This document shows positions 1-12,340 of a DNA stretch of 64,000 bases, in pieces. Origin of the DNA: Plasmodiophora brassicae. Its lineage: Eukaryota. The notes under the pieces were generated by a model that saw only the letters and a program-made list of their open reading frames with translations, was not told the DNA's origin and ran no database searches. Where the stretch lies: positions 186,001 through 250,000 of the forward strand of contig CP145417.1 of assembly GCA_036867785.1 (NCBI GenBank), given 5' to 3'. Position numbers and translations under genes: made by a program. Position 1 is the first letter of the stretch. Every line of letters starts with the position of its first letter.

Positions 1-2169
1 CATTTATGTTCGCGTCATCGGATGTCCAACGCCATGTCAGTATACTGGTAGCGTTGCTAAGTACGGGTTGATCACTGAAGATTTATGCTTGCTGATATAG
101 TTCTGTAAAAAATATGAAGACATGCTGGAGTATCTCGACGCATTGCCTTCCGATAAAAGGCCGAGCGACGTGCGTTCACTTGATCAGCTACGTGATGATG
201 TGCGCTGCAAAGACGACGACGAAGTTCGGCGTCGCATGACGTCGAGGAACGTCGGTGACCGTGGTGGATACCGTCACCCGGGTTATGACGTCTACTCCGT
301 TGGCCTTCTGTGCAGTTTTGGACACGCGTCCAATTACGTGCACGATCCTATGCACGCCATCTGCATGCGTGCTGTTCGCCCGCTTTTTCAAGCGATCGAC
401 TTCTACGGATCGGGTTCATCATATTACAATCCTGAGGTAAGCGGGCCTGCTCGACTGCACGGCCAACTGTAACACCGTTTGCACAGACTGAGAAACTGTT
501 CGGTCGTGGAGACTGTCCCAGTCCTGTGTGGGCTTGGCCCAATAACACTGCCTATCCCGCTAAAGTGAAGGCTGGTGTAAAATGGTCCTCCCTGGCTGTT
601 GAAATCGATCATGTTTTGGAGAACCTTACGTGGGTATCGCGAACCGGTGGTTCAACGAAACCAAGGAACCCTTTGGTGAGTTCCTGGTGGAAAGCAGCTG
701 ACTCCCTTGTTTGGCTCGGCGACGTTGGCATTGGGATCTGGTGGTCTGTTGTTTCGCGGGTGCTGGTTCGAACCCGTCCAGACTCTCCCATTGCTTCGTT
801 CTGGATAGCGATGTTTCGTTTTCTCGATGCGCTGTCATCAATGCTTTCGAAGGCTTTTGTTAGAAGCAACCTAGATCGTGTGTTTTCTAACTTTCTCGAC
901 GCTCTGGCGCATCTAGAATCTGTCATGCCCTGCGGGCTGATGACCATATCGGTACGTTTCACAAACGGCTTCACGGCTTCACCGATTTCATACTGTTCTG
1001 ATGTTTTCGTGTCAGATGCATTCTCTTGTTCATTTGCCGGAAATAATCAAGCGATGGGGTCCGCTGGTCGGTCTTATTTGGGTCTGGCCAATGGAGCGAT
1101 GGCTGCACTTCATGAAAGACGTTCTACAAGCGACCGTCTCTGAAACGGTCAACATCGCGTCCTACATGCAGCTGATCTGTGCTGCTACGTTCCTGCGCAG
1201 CGACTTCTACAGACAATATTCGCTGAGGAATGACTGCCCCTTGATGTTTGGTAATGCCACAGGCATGGATGAAATTCCTACCGCGCATCTGTCGACCCTA
1301 CCCATCGATCTGCGCCCTCCGCTGTCGTCTGTAGAACTTAACGATACGATGCGGTGTTGGTTGCATGTTCATCTGTATTCAAATACGCACTGGGCCTCTA
1401 CCAAGAATCATTCTTGGAGGGTCCGGTATCGGCGTTTGGTGGCGCTTTATGCGCAGGCGTCTGGGAATCCAAGAGGTCTGAATTCATTCTCTGGCATGTT
1501 TCGTCATCTTGGAAGCTTCGATCTGTTCTGCTCGTTGCACAAATCGTCGTTCGGATCAGTCTGCCTTCCAAAGTCTGTTCAATCCAGCTCTCGTGCTGAC
1601 ATCGGTACTGAGCTTGCCATTTTGGTTCACGACAATTGGTTTGAAATCATTTCAGGTAGATGTATGTTTCGGAAGCAGGACGTTGACGAGTCGTACAAGA
1701 CATGCAACTCGAAGTTTGTTGTCGAATTCGAAGAGGCTGGCCTCTACATGGGTGACATAAGCAACCTCGTCAAGCTCGATCTAGGCTGGTCGCATCGGTT
1801 GGCACATGAGGCGGATTCGATTTGCTTAATTCTGGTTGGCCGATGGTACAAACTTCACGCCTGCGACAAGCCGTACGATCGAGTTCTTCCCAGATTTTAT
1901 CCCAACCGTATTTATCAGCAGTTCTTCTCTTGGTTTTGTAACTGACTTGTCATTGTGTAGGAAATGGGTGGTATAACCCTGGAAGCGCAGATACGATGTG
2001 GCAGGCGCTTCACGAGGTCGTTCCAAACAACATCGTTACGGTTCCGGCATCAGTCATCCACAACAATGCCGTCGTACAAGCGACAATGGTTTGTATTGAA
2101 TCCAGAGGAAACATGACTGCTGAAACATTACAGTCAACAATTGCTCGAGATATCGGTGCGGCAGTTTGA
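1..2169 (+). mobile_element. CACTA/EnSpm-like transposase gene, spliced, 5' end outside the window
   Basis: Exons encode VHDPMHAIC, LDALAHLESVMPCGLMTIS and MHSLVHLPEIIKRWGPL...WVWPMERW, resembling Transposase_21/DUF4218 motifs (DxMH; HxxxH...GP...W.F.ER). A likely last exon reads open from ~1960 to TGA 2167-2169. Lower GC than neighbouring genes. Confidence 0.75.
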
Positions 2170-2273
2170 GTCAAGGTACATTGCATTGTTGTTTGAACTC
2201 TTGTACGAAACTATCTGAATCAAGTACCTGTACGGTAGCTAGCTCCTAAGCATTTGCAAGCAATACAAGGGTA

Positions 2274-3224
2274 TTGAGTAGTCGCGTCGATATTGAATTG
2301 CTTCGCGAATCGATACGGCCACTGCCGATTTCACGATCGCATTCGCCGCTGCCTGCCACGGAGGGCAGAAACGAGAAGGTGCGACTCGGAGTGCCGTCGC
2401 GCGCTTTGCTGCAGAGTGCAGCAACCGGCACCCGATGTCGCATGCAGTTACAGTGTACGGCCAGCCCGGTGAGCGCGTGCGGCTGCCTCGTGTGACGTGA
2501 GACTGGCGGTTGCTGCTCAATAACGAAAGCGTATGGCGAGTGCAGGGTCGCATACCGTTTCCCTGAGTCTGGCGCAGAGACAAGCGGGCGTGCCGTCTGC
2601 GGAAGAGGAAGAACTTCTGAAGAAGTTTCGGTCACAAGGCGCGCGGCAAGAGCGCACAGCAGAGCGTAAACGTGCAATCAACCTTGCCAGGACGATATAC
2701 ACGTCGTTCGTTACACGCGTGTCTGTCCGGCGAAACGAACATTAACTGTTATTGTATAGGACATACAAGGCCGACCTGTCGAGGGATTGCCATAAAGACG
2801 TGGAGATACACATCAGGATGTTAAGAGAGGGTCCATCCATTGGACTTCCGGTCAAATGGTGGACCGTAGAGGATACAAAGCAACGTTTGTCGAAGTCTGC
2901 AACCAAATCTTGTCTCGAAATTCTAAACGTATCTTCGTGTCAGTCATTAAGCAGACGCGCAAGAGCAAGCGTAAGGCCGAAAATGTATGTTCGCGCGAAT
3001 CGAACGTGCTGTGCCGACATACTGAAAGTACGGAGATGAAGGATTCACATATTTGTCGCCAATTTAATAATCATTGTGTAGATGGTCACGACGACTGCCT
3101 GTTTGACTTTCTCCGACAGTTGAGACAACAACTAATGCCACATGAGGCGAACGCGCAGTTTCGTGAGAGCCACATCATTGACATGGTTGTCGCTGGGCTT
3201 CTGCAAGTCCTTGATCGCGTGTAA
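2274..3224 (+). CDS. Hypothetical spliced gene, possibly an accessory ORF of the upstream transposon
   Basis: Chain of short + strand ORFs (2274-2495, 2533-2745, 2752-3039, 2856-3224) in the same lower-GC block as the transposase; no recognisable motif. Confidence 0.25.
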
Positions 3225-3720
3225 GACGGCGCCTACCGGTAAGCTTGCTCTGTGGATCTCAATGTTGCTGGTATTATCCAATGTATACTTTTCATTTTAG
3301 GAGGTAATCGCCATGGAAAAAGTGAGGCTCCAGACGCCATTATGTAATAAAAAGGTTTATGTCTCCCAACGTTTCCGAGCGAGGTGCACGCCGAGAGAAA
3401 CTATAAATAGTAGGTTTCCAAATTTAGTAGGGTTGTGACGGGCACCCCGACGACAGTGTGACTGGATGGCAAGTGGGAGTCAAACAGGGGTCATCTTGGG
3501 GCAATGCTGAAAAGCCTCATTTGAACCCTTATTTGACCCCAGATGGTTCCCTGTGACTGCCTCCATCACAATTCTATTAATAATATTGCCAACCGCCAAC
3601 TGCGCGCCACGGATTGCGGAATTTCGTGCGCGACCCGGTCGGGCCTGGTTTGCCGTAGCTCGAGCTGGAGTTTCGATTTGCGCGCCGACGAGCACACGTC
3701 ATTTGTTGTTGATCACAGAT

Positions 3721-6074
3721 ATGCCCGTTCCCGTTCCGGTGCTTGCGCTGCTGGTGCACCTGCTAACCGCCTCGGTGCACGCCAACGACCCGACGGATTG
3801 CCCCGATATATCGGAGTGGACGTTGGACAACATCGTGCAATACCTGAGACTGGAATCGGATGCCTACCTACAGCCATGCCTCGAGAGCATCCTGCTAACT
3901 GCGATTGACGCGGGCAGGGTCGATACTGTCCAGGCAATTATAGGACACGAACGGGTCCGCATCAGCCGTCGGGTTGCTACGCGGACCGCCTGGTACGCGT
4001 ACGTGATCAGCTGGCAGCACAGCCCTGCCAATTCGTTGCATATGCTTGCCACACTCCTTCCCCACGTTCGTGAGTCCCAGCAGATCCCCGGATACGAGGA
4101 TGTCATGGACCAGTTCTCGGTGCACTACTCCCTCTGTTCCCAACTAGGCATGCTCAGCGACCGGCGCCGCATCCTTGGCGCTGCCCCTACCATCCCTGAC
4201 CGCCCGTATCGTGGTTTCGGGCGCGGTCTTGACCAACAGCAACACCTAGCGACCTATCAAGTACGTCCCTCCATTTACCGGCCCAACCAGCGTCGTCAAG
4301 TGAGCATCCCGACACAAGCAGACGTCAGTCGGCAGACGGCAATATTGCCTCCCTGCAACAGTGCTGGACCCGATCCGGTCGCAGAAGTCCAACAGCAACA
4401 CGAGTCGATGATCGAGCGTGGTTCACCATTGCGTGACGTCGGGCGTCAGGAAGCACGACCGGCCGCCGATGATGCTGCAGAAGCGGCAGCGACAGTACTG
4501 TGCACGTTACCTTCGTCATCGGCGACGGCCATCGGCTCCAGCCGACGCCGCCGACCCATGATGAGTGACGGCGACGTCCAGGACCAATCCCAGGAGCAAC
4601 GCCAGATTCAACGGATCCGTCAGGCGATGCGACTCCTGGCCGTTAGGAGCGACCGCCTCAGATCGGCGTCGTTGCCCCCGTCGCCTTCGTTAATTGCATC
4701 GCAGACCGGTACCAGAAATAGCAGGTGGCGACGTCGACAAGGATCGGGACCATGGACGTCTGCCCAATGCCGCCAACTTCTACGGCGACAACGCCCCCGT
4801 TCTGTTGCACCGGCCAGCTCGATCGCGATACGGCCAGCGGCATCCGACTGGAGGTTCGACCTGCAGGATGGGACGCAGCAGGAACAAGGTCGCCAGTTCC
4901 TGGGCCAGGTCGCCGACATGATCGCAGCGAACGATGAGCGCGTCCGCGGTCACCTGTTCGTCAAGAGCGAATCATCACCGGCAATCGATCAAGGCGGCCT
5001 GTCGGTGTCCCTGATCCAGTTCGCGTCCACCGAGCTGACGTCCCGCCTGAGCTGCGCTGGTCAGCTCCTGCACAGTCAGGGCATGGACAAGGCGTTCGTC
5101 CCACGATCACCGACAATCGGCAATGACGACGAGCGCAGGGACCTGATGCTGCTCGGTGCTCTCATCGGTATCATCGACAACCACCGGCGAACGACTCCGA
5201 AACGAAACATGCTGTTGCCGATCCCGTTGCCCGTCGTGGCGTTCCGTGCGCTGCTCAGGAATGCAACGACATCTGTGTCCGACAACGAAGCCGGCGGTAC
5301 TGCCCTGGGCGCCGTCTACAGGCAGTATTGTGGGGAGAGCAGCCCGACCGAATGCAATCGCATCAAGCAGATCGACGTCGATGAGCTTTTCGCTAACGGT
5401 CCCGGTGCTGATTACAGCAACGCCGACGAGTACCTTCGTGGACTGGTACGTCGTATGAGCACCTGACAGCTGCGTGCTCGTTCATGATGATGCGTTCAGG
5501 TCGGCAGATTGCTGAATTCGCAGGCATTCGAGGCGGTTCGACAAGGGTACCAAGCGACGACGACTAGGATGGATAGGGATGCGGATCACGGGTACCAGGC
5601 AATGCATCAAGCCATCGTTGCTGACCCTTCAGTCACTTTGGACAAGTTGTGGCCGCTGCACTTGTCGTTTGAGGTTGACTTGAACGACCGCGATTGCGAT
5701 GGGCTAGCTCGTCGTCATGCTGATGACGTGGTCGCTGACGCACTCAAGGGCCTATCGGATGAGGAATGCGCTGACTTCGTGGAGGCCACGACAGGTGCTA
5801 GGTGCCTGCCGCTGATAGCGGACGGGCACTCCAAGATCGCGGTCGGTTTTATATCCAGGTGATGTGCAATGTATATCTAATACGGACGGTTACGTATGTA
5901 TAGGTGGTGATACGTCGCTGCGATGGGATCGTGTTCCACACCTGCTTCCGTAGCGTCGACATACCGGTCGGCCTGATCAGTGACGGGGCTAGTACCCTAC
6001 GCGAACATCTCAAATCCTCGATGGACGGTATAGTCGGTCAAGGAGTCACATATGCGACCTACAACACGGCCTGA
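3721..6074 (+). CDS. Secreted HECT-type E3 ubiquitin ligase-like protein, copy 1 (exons 3721-5445, 5500-5841, 5904-6074)
   Basis: Signal peptide MPVPVPVLALLVHLLTASVHA. HECT motifs AIDQGGLS, LLGALIG, LPIPLP..FRALL, QAFEAVRQGY, LSDEECADFVEATTGARCLP; the spliced last exon gives IVFHTCFRSVDIP (catalytic Cys). Both introns are GT-AG and keep frame. Confidence 0.85.
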
Positions 6075-7173
6075 TGTGCTTATACACCGATGTCGGTCGT
6101 CATTTTAGCGGCCACGTTCAACACATTTATCCGGGGGCGAAACAACGATGCGGTGACGTACAAGGTAGAAGGGTTGCATCGCAGGACGCCGATTGTGGCG
6201 ACCTTCTGTTGTCTATTATTCCGTTCGCGTCAGGGGAGATATGATCGTCCGCCTCCTTCGATCGGCAACGAAGAATAGGACGTCCGCAGGGACAGGTGAT
6301 AAGGTGACCTCATGGGCGCCATCAGGGAAAATCGGTTTTGAAGCAACCCCAGACAAACGGACCCAGGTCGGCTTGTGGTGTTGCCAGTCCCGTTGCCTGC
6401 CGGTTCCTTTCGCGGGTTGATCGAAAACAAGCCTATCCACGTCTCAGATTATGACGCGTACAGCGCGCCGCCTAATTGCACCGACCATGCAAGCCGTGGG
6501 CTTCGCATTCGCTTGTCGAACGTACGATAACTGTGAAACACTGGAAGCGATGTTTTTATGCGCATGGGTTCCTGCATCCCTGCGGTGGTATCTCATTCCC
6601 AAACGCACCGGCCTGATCAAACTTGGCGATCCCGTCGATCGGTTCAGGCCACAACCACGCCTCCAGTCAGTGACCGGGGTACGTCGTCAGGTTGGACGAC
6701 GATTCTATAGATGGGCCGCTTATACGGAACGACGCCCTATAATAATTGTTGTTTCTGCACCAAGCCCATACGGCACACTCCAACGGTGATCGCCCAGCAG
6801 CTCGATTCGGCCAATAAACACCGTGCATTGTCGACCCAACCGACATCGGATCCTTGATCCAATAGAGAGCGCGCCCACCGGCAATGGAGTCACGTCCAGC
6901 TGCAGAAGCGACGCCCTCCGGTATATCTGCTTTGACAGGATACCTGCATAGGTAGCTCGCTGGGTACCAGACTTCCAGTATCGACATTTTGCTTCGTGGC
7001 CTGGCTGCTCTGAGCCGCACTATTTATGGGTTTGCGCAAATCGAACCGGGTCTGGCTCGCCAAACGCCGCCAGTCCGGTCTGCGTCGCCTGGTTGCCAAC
7101 CCAGCTGGAACGGTACGCCTTGCAGCCAGCAAACTGCTCCATGGCTCAACAGACAAGGCGCCGCCGCGTTATA

Positions 7174-9029
7174 ATGCGAGCTGCGCTGCTTGTACTGGCG
7201 CACCTGTTCTTGGTGGCCACGGCAGTCGCAGATGAAGGGGAGCGCAACCATCGCGCAGCTGGGACGTCTGCTGCTCCTGACGCGGTGCCGTCCGCATCCG
7301 ATGAGACCGCTCCGGATAGCCCCAGCGAGTCGCGTCACCTGCAAGAGCCTGCAGGTCGCGATGCACGATCTCGTACGACGCCGACGCCAGCTGGACGCGG
7401 GCGTCATCAGCACAGTCCGCCTTCGCCGAATGCGCAGTCACTGCCTTCACCTTCGAACGCGATGAATTACTACCCGTCTGCCTGGCCATACCTGGAAAAT
7501 GGTCCTCCCGGCCCGCAGATGTCATTCTGGTCGCAAACTCATGGGACTCAACCTTCTGCTGCTCAAGTGCTGCCAAGTTGGGCAGCAGGTGCGGCTCCAA
7601 TACCGGCACGAGTTCGTCATGCCTGGTTTGCCAACCCTCCTGATAGTCGCTCCCGCTCTACGGCTGGACCGCTCACAGATGGGGGCAATGTCCCAATGAC
7701 ACCTCGACGCGGACAAGGACGTGCAGCAGCACTGGGGAGCCCGTTCGAATCATCGTCACCACAGCTAGCAGTAGTGCAGACCCCGCTTAGATCATCGCTC
7801 CGACGTCACCGCCGCACACCCTTCGACTGGGTCTACACAATGAAGGACGGTACGCGTCAGGAGCAAGCCCGGGATTTCCTGGAGCAGGTCGCCACCATGG
7901 TCAGGAACTACGACTCGCGTCTTCGCGCACGGTTGATCGTCAAGAGCAACTCATCGTTGGCAATCGACGCTGGTGGCCTGTCTGCGTCACTGATCGAATT
8001 CGCATCGGTAGAGCTGGCGGATCGTCTCGGTCGCGCTGGCCAGCTTTTGTACAGCCATGCCATGGACAAGGCCTTCGTACCACGGTCGCAGACGATCACC
8101 TCTAACGATGAACTCATTGACCTGAGGGTCCTGGGTGCCCTCATTGGCATCATCGGCAACCACAGGCACTGCATGCGCAAGAGGGGCGTCATGGTCCTGC
8201 CAATTCCATTACCGGTCGTGGCGTTTCGGGCGTTGCTAAGGTTCCCCCTTGACAGCGTTACCGATTTGGAGGTCAACAGCACCGCCCTGGCTGCCATCTA
8301 CAGGCAGTACTGCGGCAACCTTAGCCCTGCCGAATGCAAACGTGACAAGCAGGTCGACGTCGATGACCTGTTCGAGAGTGTGCCTGGCGTGGACTACAGC
8401 AACGCCGACGAGTACCTTCGCGGACTGGTTCGTGATTTAGGACGTCGCTCGCAGGCCTGCTCGCGTTTTGACCGATAACGTTCAGGTTCGTTTGCTGCTG
8501 AATTCCCCAGCATTCGGCGCCGTCAGTTTCGGATGTCATATCACGAGGAGCGACCAGTGGGTTCGCGTCCCTGAATCGTATCGGTACATGTACGAGCTCG
8601 TAGTAGGCGACCCTGTGGCATCGATGGAGAAACTGGGGCGGAAGCTGACGATCCGTGCGAACTCGGCCAGTGCCCACAGCAACGTTTATCGCGTGCTAAG
8701 CAGCATGTCGGACAAGGGGCGCGCCGATTTCCTTGAGGCGACCACGGGCGTCAGGTTTCTGCCGCTGGCCAACGACATCCACTCCCGTATCACAGTCAGT
8801 CTATTGGTATTCTTCGCATTTGATGTGGCAGACTCACAATGGGATGCTGCATTGTCTCTAGGTCGATGTCAAAGCCTGTGATGCCATTGTGTTCCACACC
8901 TGTTTCCGCAGCGTGGATATCCCGGTCGGTTTAGCTGTCAGCGAGGACGACCTCCGCGACCAGCTTGACAGTGCCGTTCAGTACTTCGTTGGCCAGGGGA
9001 TCACGTCATCCAGCCACAACTATTACTGA
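7174..9029 (+). CDS. Secreted HECT-type E3 ubiquitin ligase-like protein, copy 2 (exons 7174-8427, 8486-8794, 8862-9029)
   Basis: Signal peptide MRAALLVLAHLFLVATAVA; AIDAGGLS, MSDKGRADFLEATTGVRFLP, IVFHTCFRSVDIP; intron positions equivalent to copy 1. Confidence 0.85.
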
Positions 9030-9576
9030 CGTGAATAAACGAAGCGTACGGACGCCCGCGACAACACGGTAACTTCGCAGGGGAACCGCGAGGGGCAGAT
9101 CCTGACGTTCGAATTCGCCTCAGTCCCGCGGCACACTGGCTCGGGGAGCGCCGACAGCGAGCTGCGTTAATTGGCTGCCAGCTCAGTCGGTCCACTTCCT
9201 GGTTCCATACCAGTCAGCACGCGTATAGTACAGGGGGGTCTGGGTTGGACCGAATACCAGCGGCAGCGATTCGCTAAAGCCCCCTCAGATCATCACGCGG
9301 CGACCCCTGATCTCCTGCCTACCTACAAACGCTTGCAAGTCAAATTTCAGCTTGCCGACATGAACCGGGGACCACCCAGGTGAGAAGGGCCCACACCGGA
9401 ATGGTAGGACCAGTACCTATGTAGTGCGCGGCTTGAGAGCGCGCGCGCGGGGTAATGCGGGGCTGGCTCGGACTGCAGCGACGGCGTCAGTCTGTCTATT
9501 GCCGTTGAGTACAGTGCGCACCCGATCGCGTCCCGACTGCATCCAGTTGCCCAGTGTCACCGCTGTTGTGCCCTGT

Positions 9577-11368
9577 ATGCCGCACACTGCGAGTCACGCG
9601 ACGACGACCAGGTCCGCCATCCTGGTATGGGTGATGTTGCTGCCCATCATCGTCATCCAGCTCGCGCCGTCGGCTCAAGGAAGCCGTGTCGTGTCCAGGA
9701 CGGACCGCCATGTGCCTGTCCGTTCGACGTCAGTCGGACTGGCATCGGCGGACGACCTAGCTGATCAGAATGGCGCCAGCCCATTTCACCATCGTGACGT
9801 CGGCAGCAGCCCGAACTCGAGGCTCGCCCAGCTGCCCGTGGCGGTGCAATCGTCGTCGACTCGTTCCCGAATGCGACGATCCCGCGCCGTCCTGGACTTT
9901 ACCAGGCTGGCGGACCAGTTCGGCGACTGTTCGCCGTCTGTTGAAGAAGGTACCTCTGTATCATCGACGCAGGGCCCATCCATCTTGCAGAATAGCGACA
10001 CGCCCGCCGTCTCTGCTGCGGATCTCGCCAGGCCCCGCGCCGGGTACGTGCCGGTTACGCTGGAGAGCACGCCACCTGCCCCACATTCACCGGCGACGTC
10101 GTCCATGCCTGGGCCTCGATCATCATCATTCTTCGAGTACTGCACGTATGAGCTGAGGGATGGGACCCGGCAGGAACAAGGACGACAGTTCCTGGATACC
10201 GTCGCCGCCATGCTCGACAAAGGTGACCAGAGCCTTATCCGCGGTCGACTCATTATCAAGAGCGCGTCATCGCCAGCGATCGACCAAGGTGGCCTGTCGG
10301 TATCGTTGATTGAATACGCGGCGGCCGAGCTGGCTGACCGTCTCGGGCGTTCTGGCCAGCTCCTGCACAACCAGCAGATGGACATGGCGTTCGTACCGCG
10401 TTCCCCGACGATCGACACGGATGCGGAACGCATGGACCTGATGCTGCTGGGCGCTCTTATCGGCATCGTTGACAACCATAGGACGATGGTTCCGGATCTG
10501 ATGATGACACTGCCAATCCCGTTGCCTGCCGTTCTCTTCCGCGCGCTGCTCACGATCAACGGCACTGTCCAAGTCGATCATGACAACGCGAGAGATACCG
10601 CTCTGGCTGACGTCTACCATCAATGGTGTGGGGACCGCAGCCCGGCAGAGTGCGTCCAGGACAATCAGATCGACGTCGTTCATCTGTTGGGGAGCGTGCC
10701 CGGCATCAATGACGACAACAGTGCCGACGAATACCTCAACGGACTGGTACATTCTTGACCATGACTGTGGTCTCTTACGCTGACTGATGTGTCCAGGTTG
10801 GTACGCTGCTCAGTTCGCAGGCGTTCCAAGCCATTCAACAAGGGTTCCTTGCGGCGACGCTGGGTGTACCGTCGGTCGATGTCGAGTTCTATCGGTCGAT
10901 TCACGACGACGTTGTCGCCGATACGGTGACGACGTTCAAAACGATGAGCATGAAGACGTGTGTCTATCTGGGACGCAACCTAAACTGCTGCGAACGGCAT
11001 GCCGCCCGAGCCTACCACGTTGTGTACTGGGCCCTTCGTGGCATGTCCGACAGGCAACGAGCCGACTTTCTTGAAGCCGCGACGGGCTCGAGGTTCCTGC
11101 CTCTGAGCCACAGCGCGCACGCCAATATTCATGTCAGTCGTCTGGCCATACTATTGCTCGGGTTGCACTAGATCTGACGCGTCGATCGTGCCTATAGATC
11201 TGGGTGGTTCCAGGTGATGGCATCGCGTTCCGCACCTGTCTTCGTACCGTAGTCATCCCGGCCGCCCTGGTGTGCGCTGGGGCGACCGCGTTACGCAGCC
11301 ACCTTCTCGACCTGGTGTACGGTTTCTCCCGGGAAGGAATCTCGCGCGACAGTCACAATGTCGCCTGA
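9577..11368 (+). CDS. Secreted HECT-type E3 ubiquitin ligase-like protein, copy 3 (exons 9577-10746, 10797-11132, 11198-11368)
   Basis: Hydrophobic leader AILVWVMLLPIIVIQLAPSAQG; AIDQGGLS, QAFQAIQQGF, MSDRQRADFLEAATGSRFLP, IAFRTCLRTVVIP; same two intron positions. Confidence 0.83.
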
Positions 11369-11713
11369 TCAGAATTACGAAGTGGCCAGTTATGCGTATT
11401 CCAATAAAGTGGACTTCATCGCCAGGAACGCAGCTTGCCAGTACTGACGACGTCGCCTCACTGTCAAGCAGGATAGCGTTCGCGGGCTAGTGGCCTTGTT
11501 TGGACGCTGTGGGATCGCGACTCAACGCCTAGCGTCCGCAGTCTTGATAAACGCCTGCCACGACCAGTCCTGCGTAATGCTATACCTGACGTGAGCAGAA
11601 CAGGCGATCAGTCCATGCAGCCCAGCTATGTAGAGCGAGCCAACGACGGTGCAGGGAGGACTGAATCACAGACTGGGCTTCCCGTCATTGGCGACGATAT
11701 CGTGCGGGGCGAC

Positions 11714-12085
11714 ATGAAGTTCCTGTGGAACAAGGCTCGCGCGTCTCAAGGCGGGAACAGCGCCGATTTGCTCGGCGACACCCCGTTCGAGAATGATCTG
11801 CGCCTGGGTAAGCACCATCTCAAGCTGGTCGACGGCGAATGGGTCCTGCTGTCGAGCTCGGCGGGTGCATCGGACGCACCCAACATGGGCGCCGTTCTCG
11901 AGGAGAACCAGCGACTAAAGGCGCAGGTCGCCGACCTTGAGCGTGCCAACCACCGCCTAACCTTCAAGAACAAGCTGCTCATCGCCATGTGCACCATATC
12001 AGAGGGCGACCGACGCGTTGCTGAAATGGAAAACGAACAGCTCTTGAAGGACGCGGGAAAGGCGCCACCCGCCCACAAGCCGTAA
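11714..12085 (+). CDS. Chibby-family coiled-coil protein (start may be at 11615)
   Basis: LRLGKHHLKLVDGEW followed by coiled coil LEENQRLKAQ...NHRLTFKNKLLIAM matches the Chibby pattern (LG...LKF.NG.W; EENN.L.LK..ILLDM). Confidence 0.6.
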   Translation: MKFLWNKARASQGGNSADLLGDTPFENDLRLGKHHLKLVDGEWVLLSSSAGASDAPNMGAVLEENQRLKAQVADLERANHRLTFKNKLLIAMCTISEGDRRVAEMENEQLLKDAGKAPPAHKP

Positions 12086-12340
12086 ATCGGCGGGACAGGA
12101 CAGCAAGGACATTGCCAAACGAACCATGTATAGTAATGAAGCCAAATATCGAACCAGCATGCATGGGCAGTGATGACACTGGACAGCGTCCGAATGTACG
12201 TCGGGGCCAGGCAAATGGGCACGATCATGTCGGCGAACAGGAAACGCCTGAGCGCGCATGAACGGAACGGAGGAAGCCCAGCGGCCCAGACAGGCTGTAA
12301 GCACAGTGGTCGTATAGTAATATTAGGTCGTGACAGGTGG

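Noticed and set aside
3553-3720. Upstream GTG/TTG extensions of the HECT ORFs (3553, 7093, 9424)
   Set aside because: These are non-ATG starts from a prokaryote-style ORF caller; downstream ATGs place the signal peptides at the N-terminus.
5260-5445. Large deletion in the HECT N-lobe
   Set aside because: The FRALL-to-EYL spacing (~57 aa) is only slightly shorter than I recall for canonical HECT domains; the region is diverged, not deleted.
6090-7090. Small ORFs between HECT copies 1 and 2
   Set aside because: No motif or similarity to the paralogs seen; treated as intergenic.
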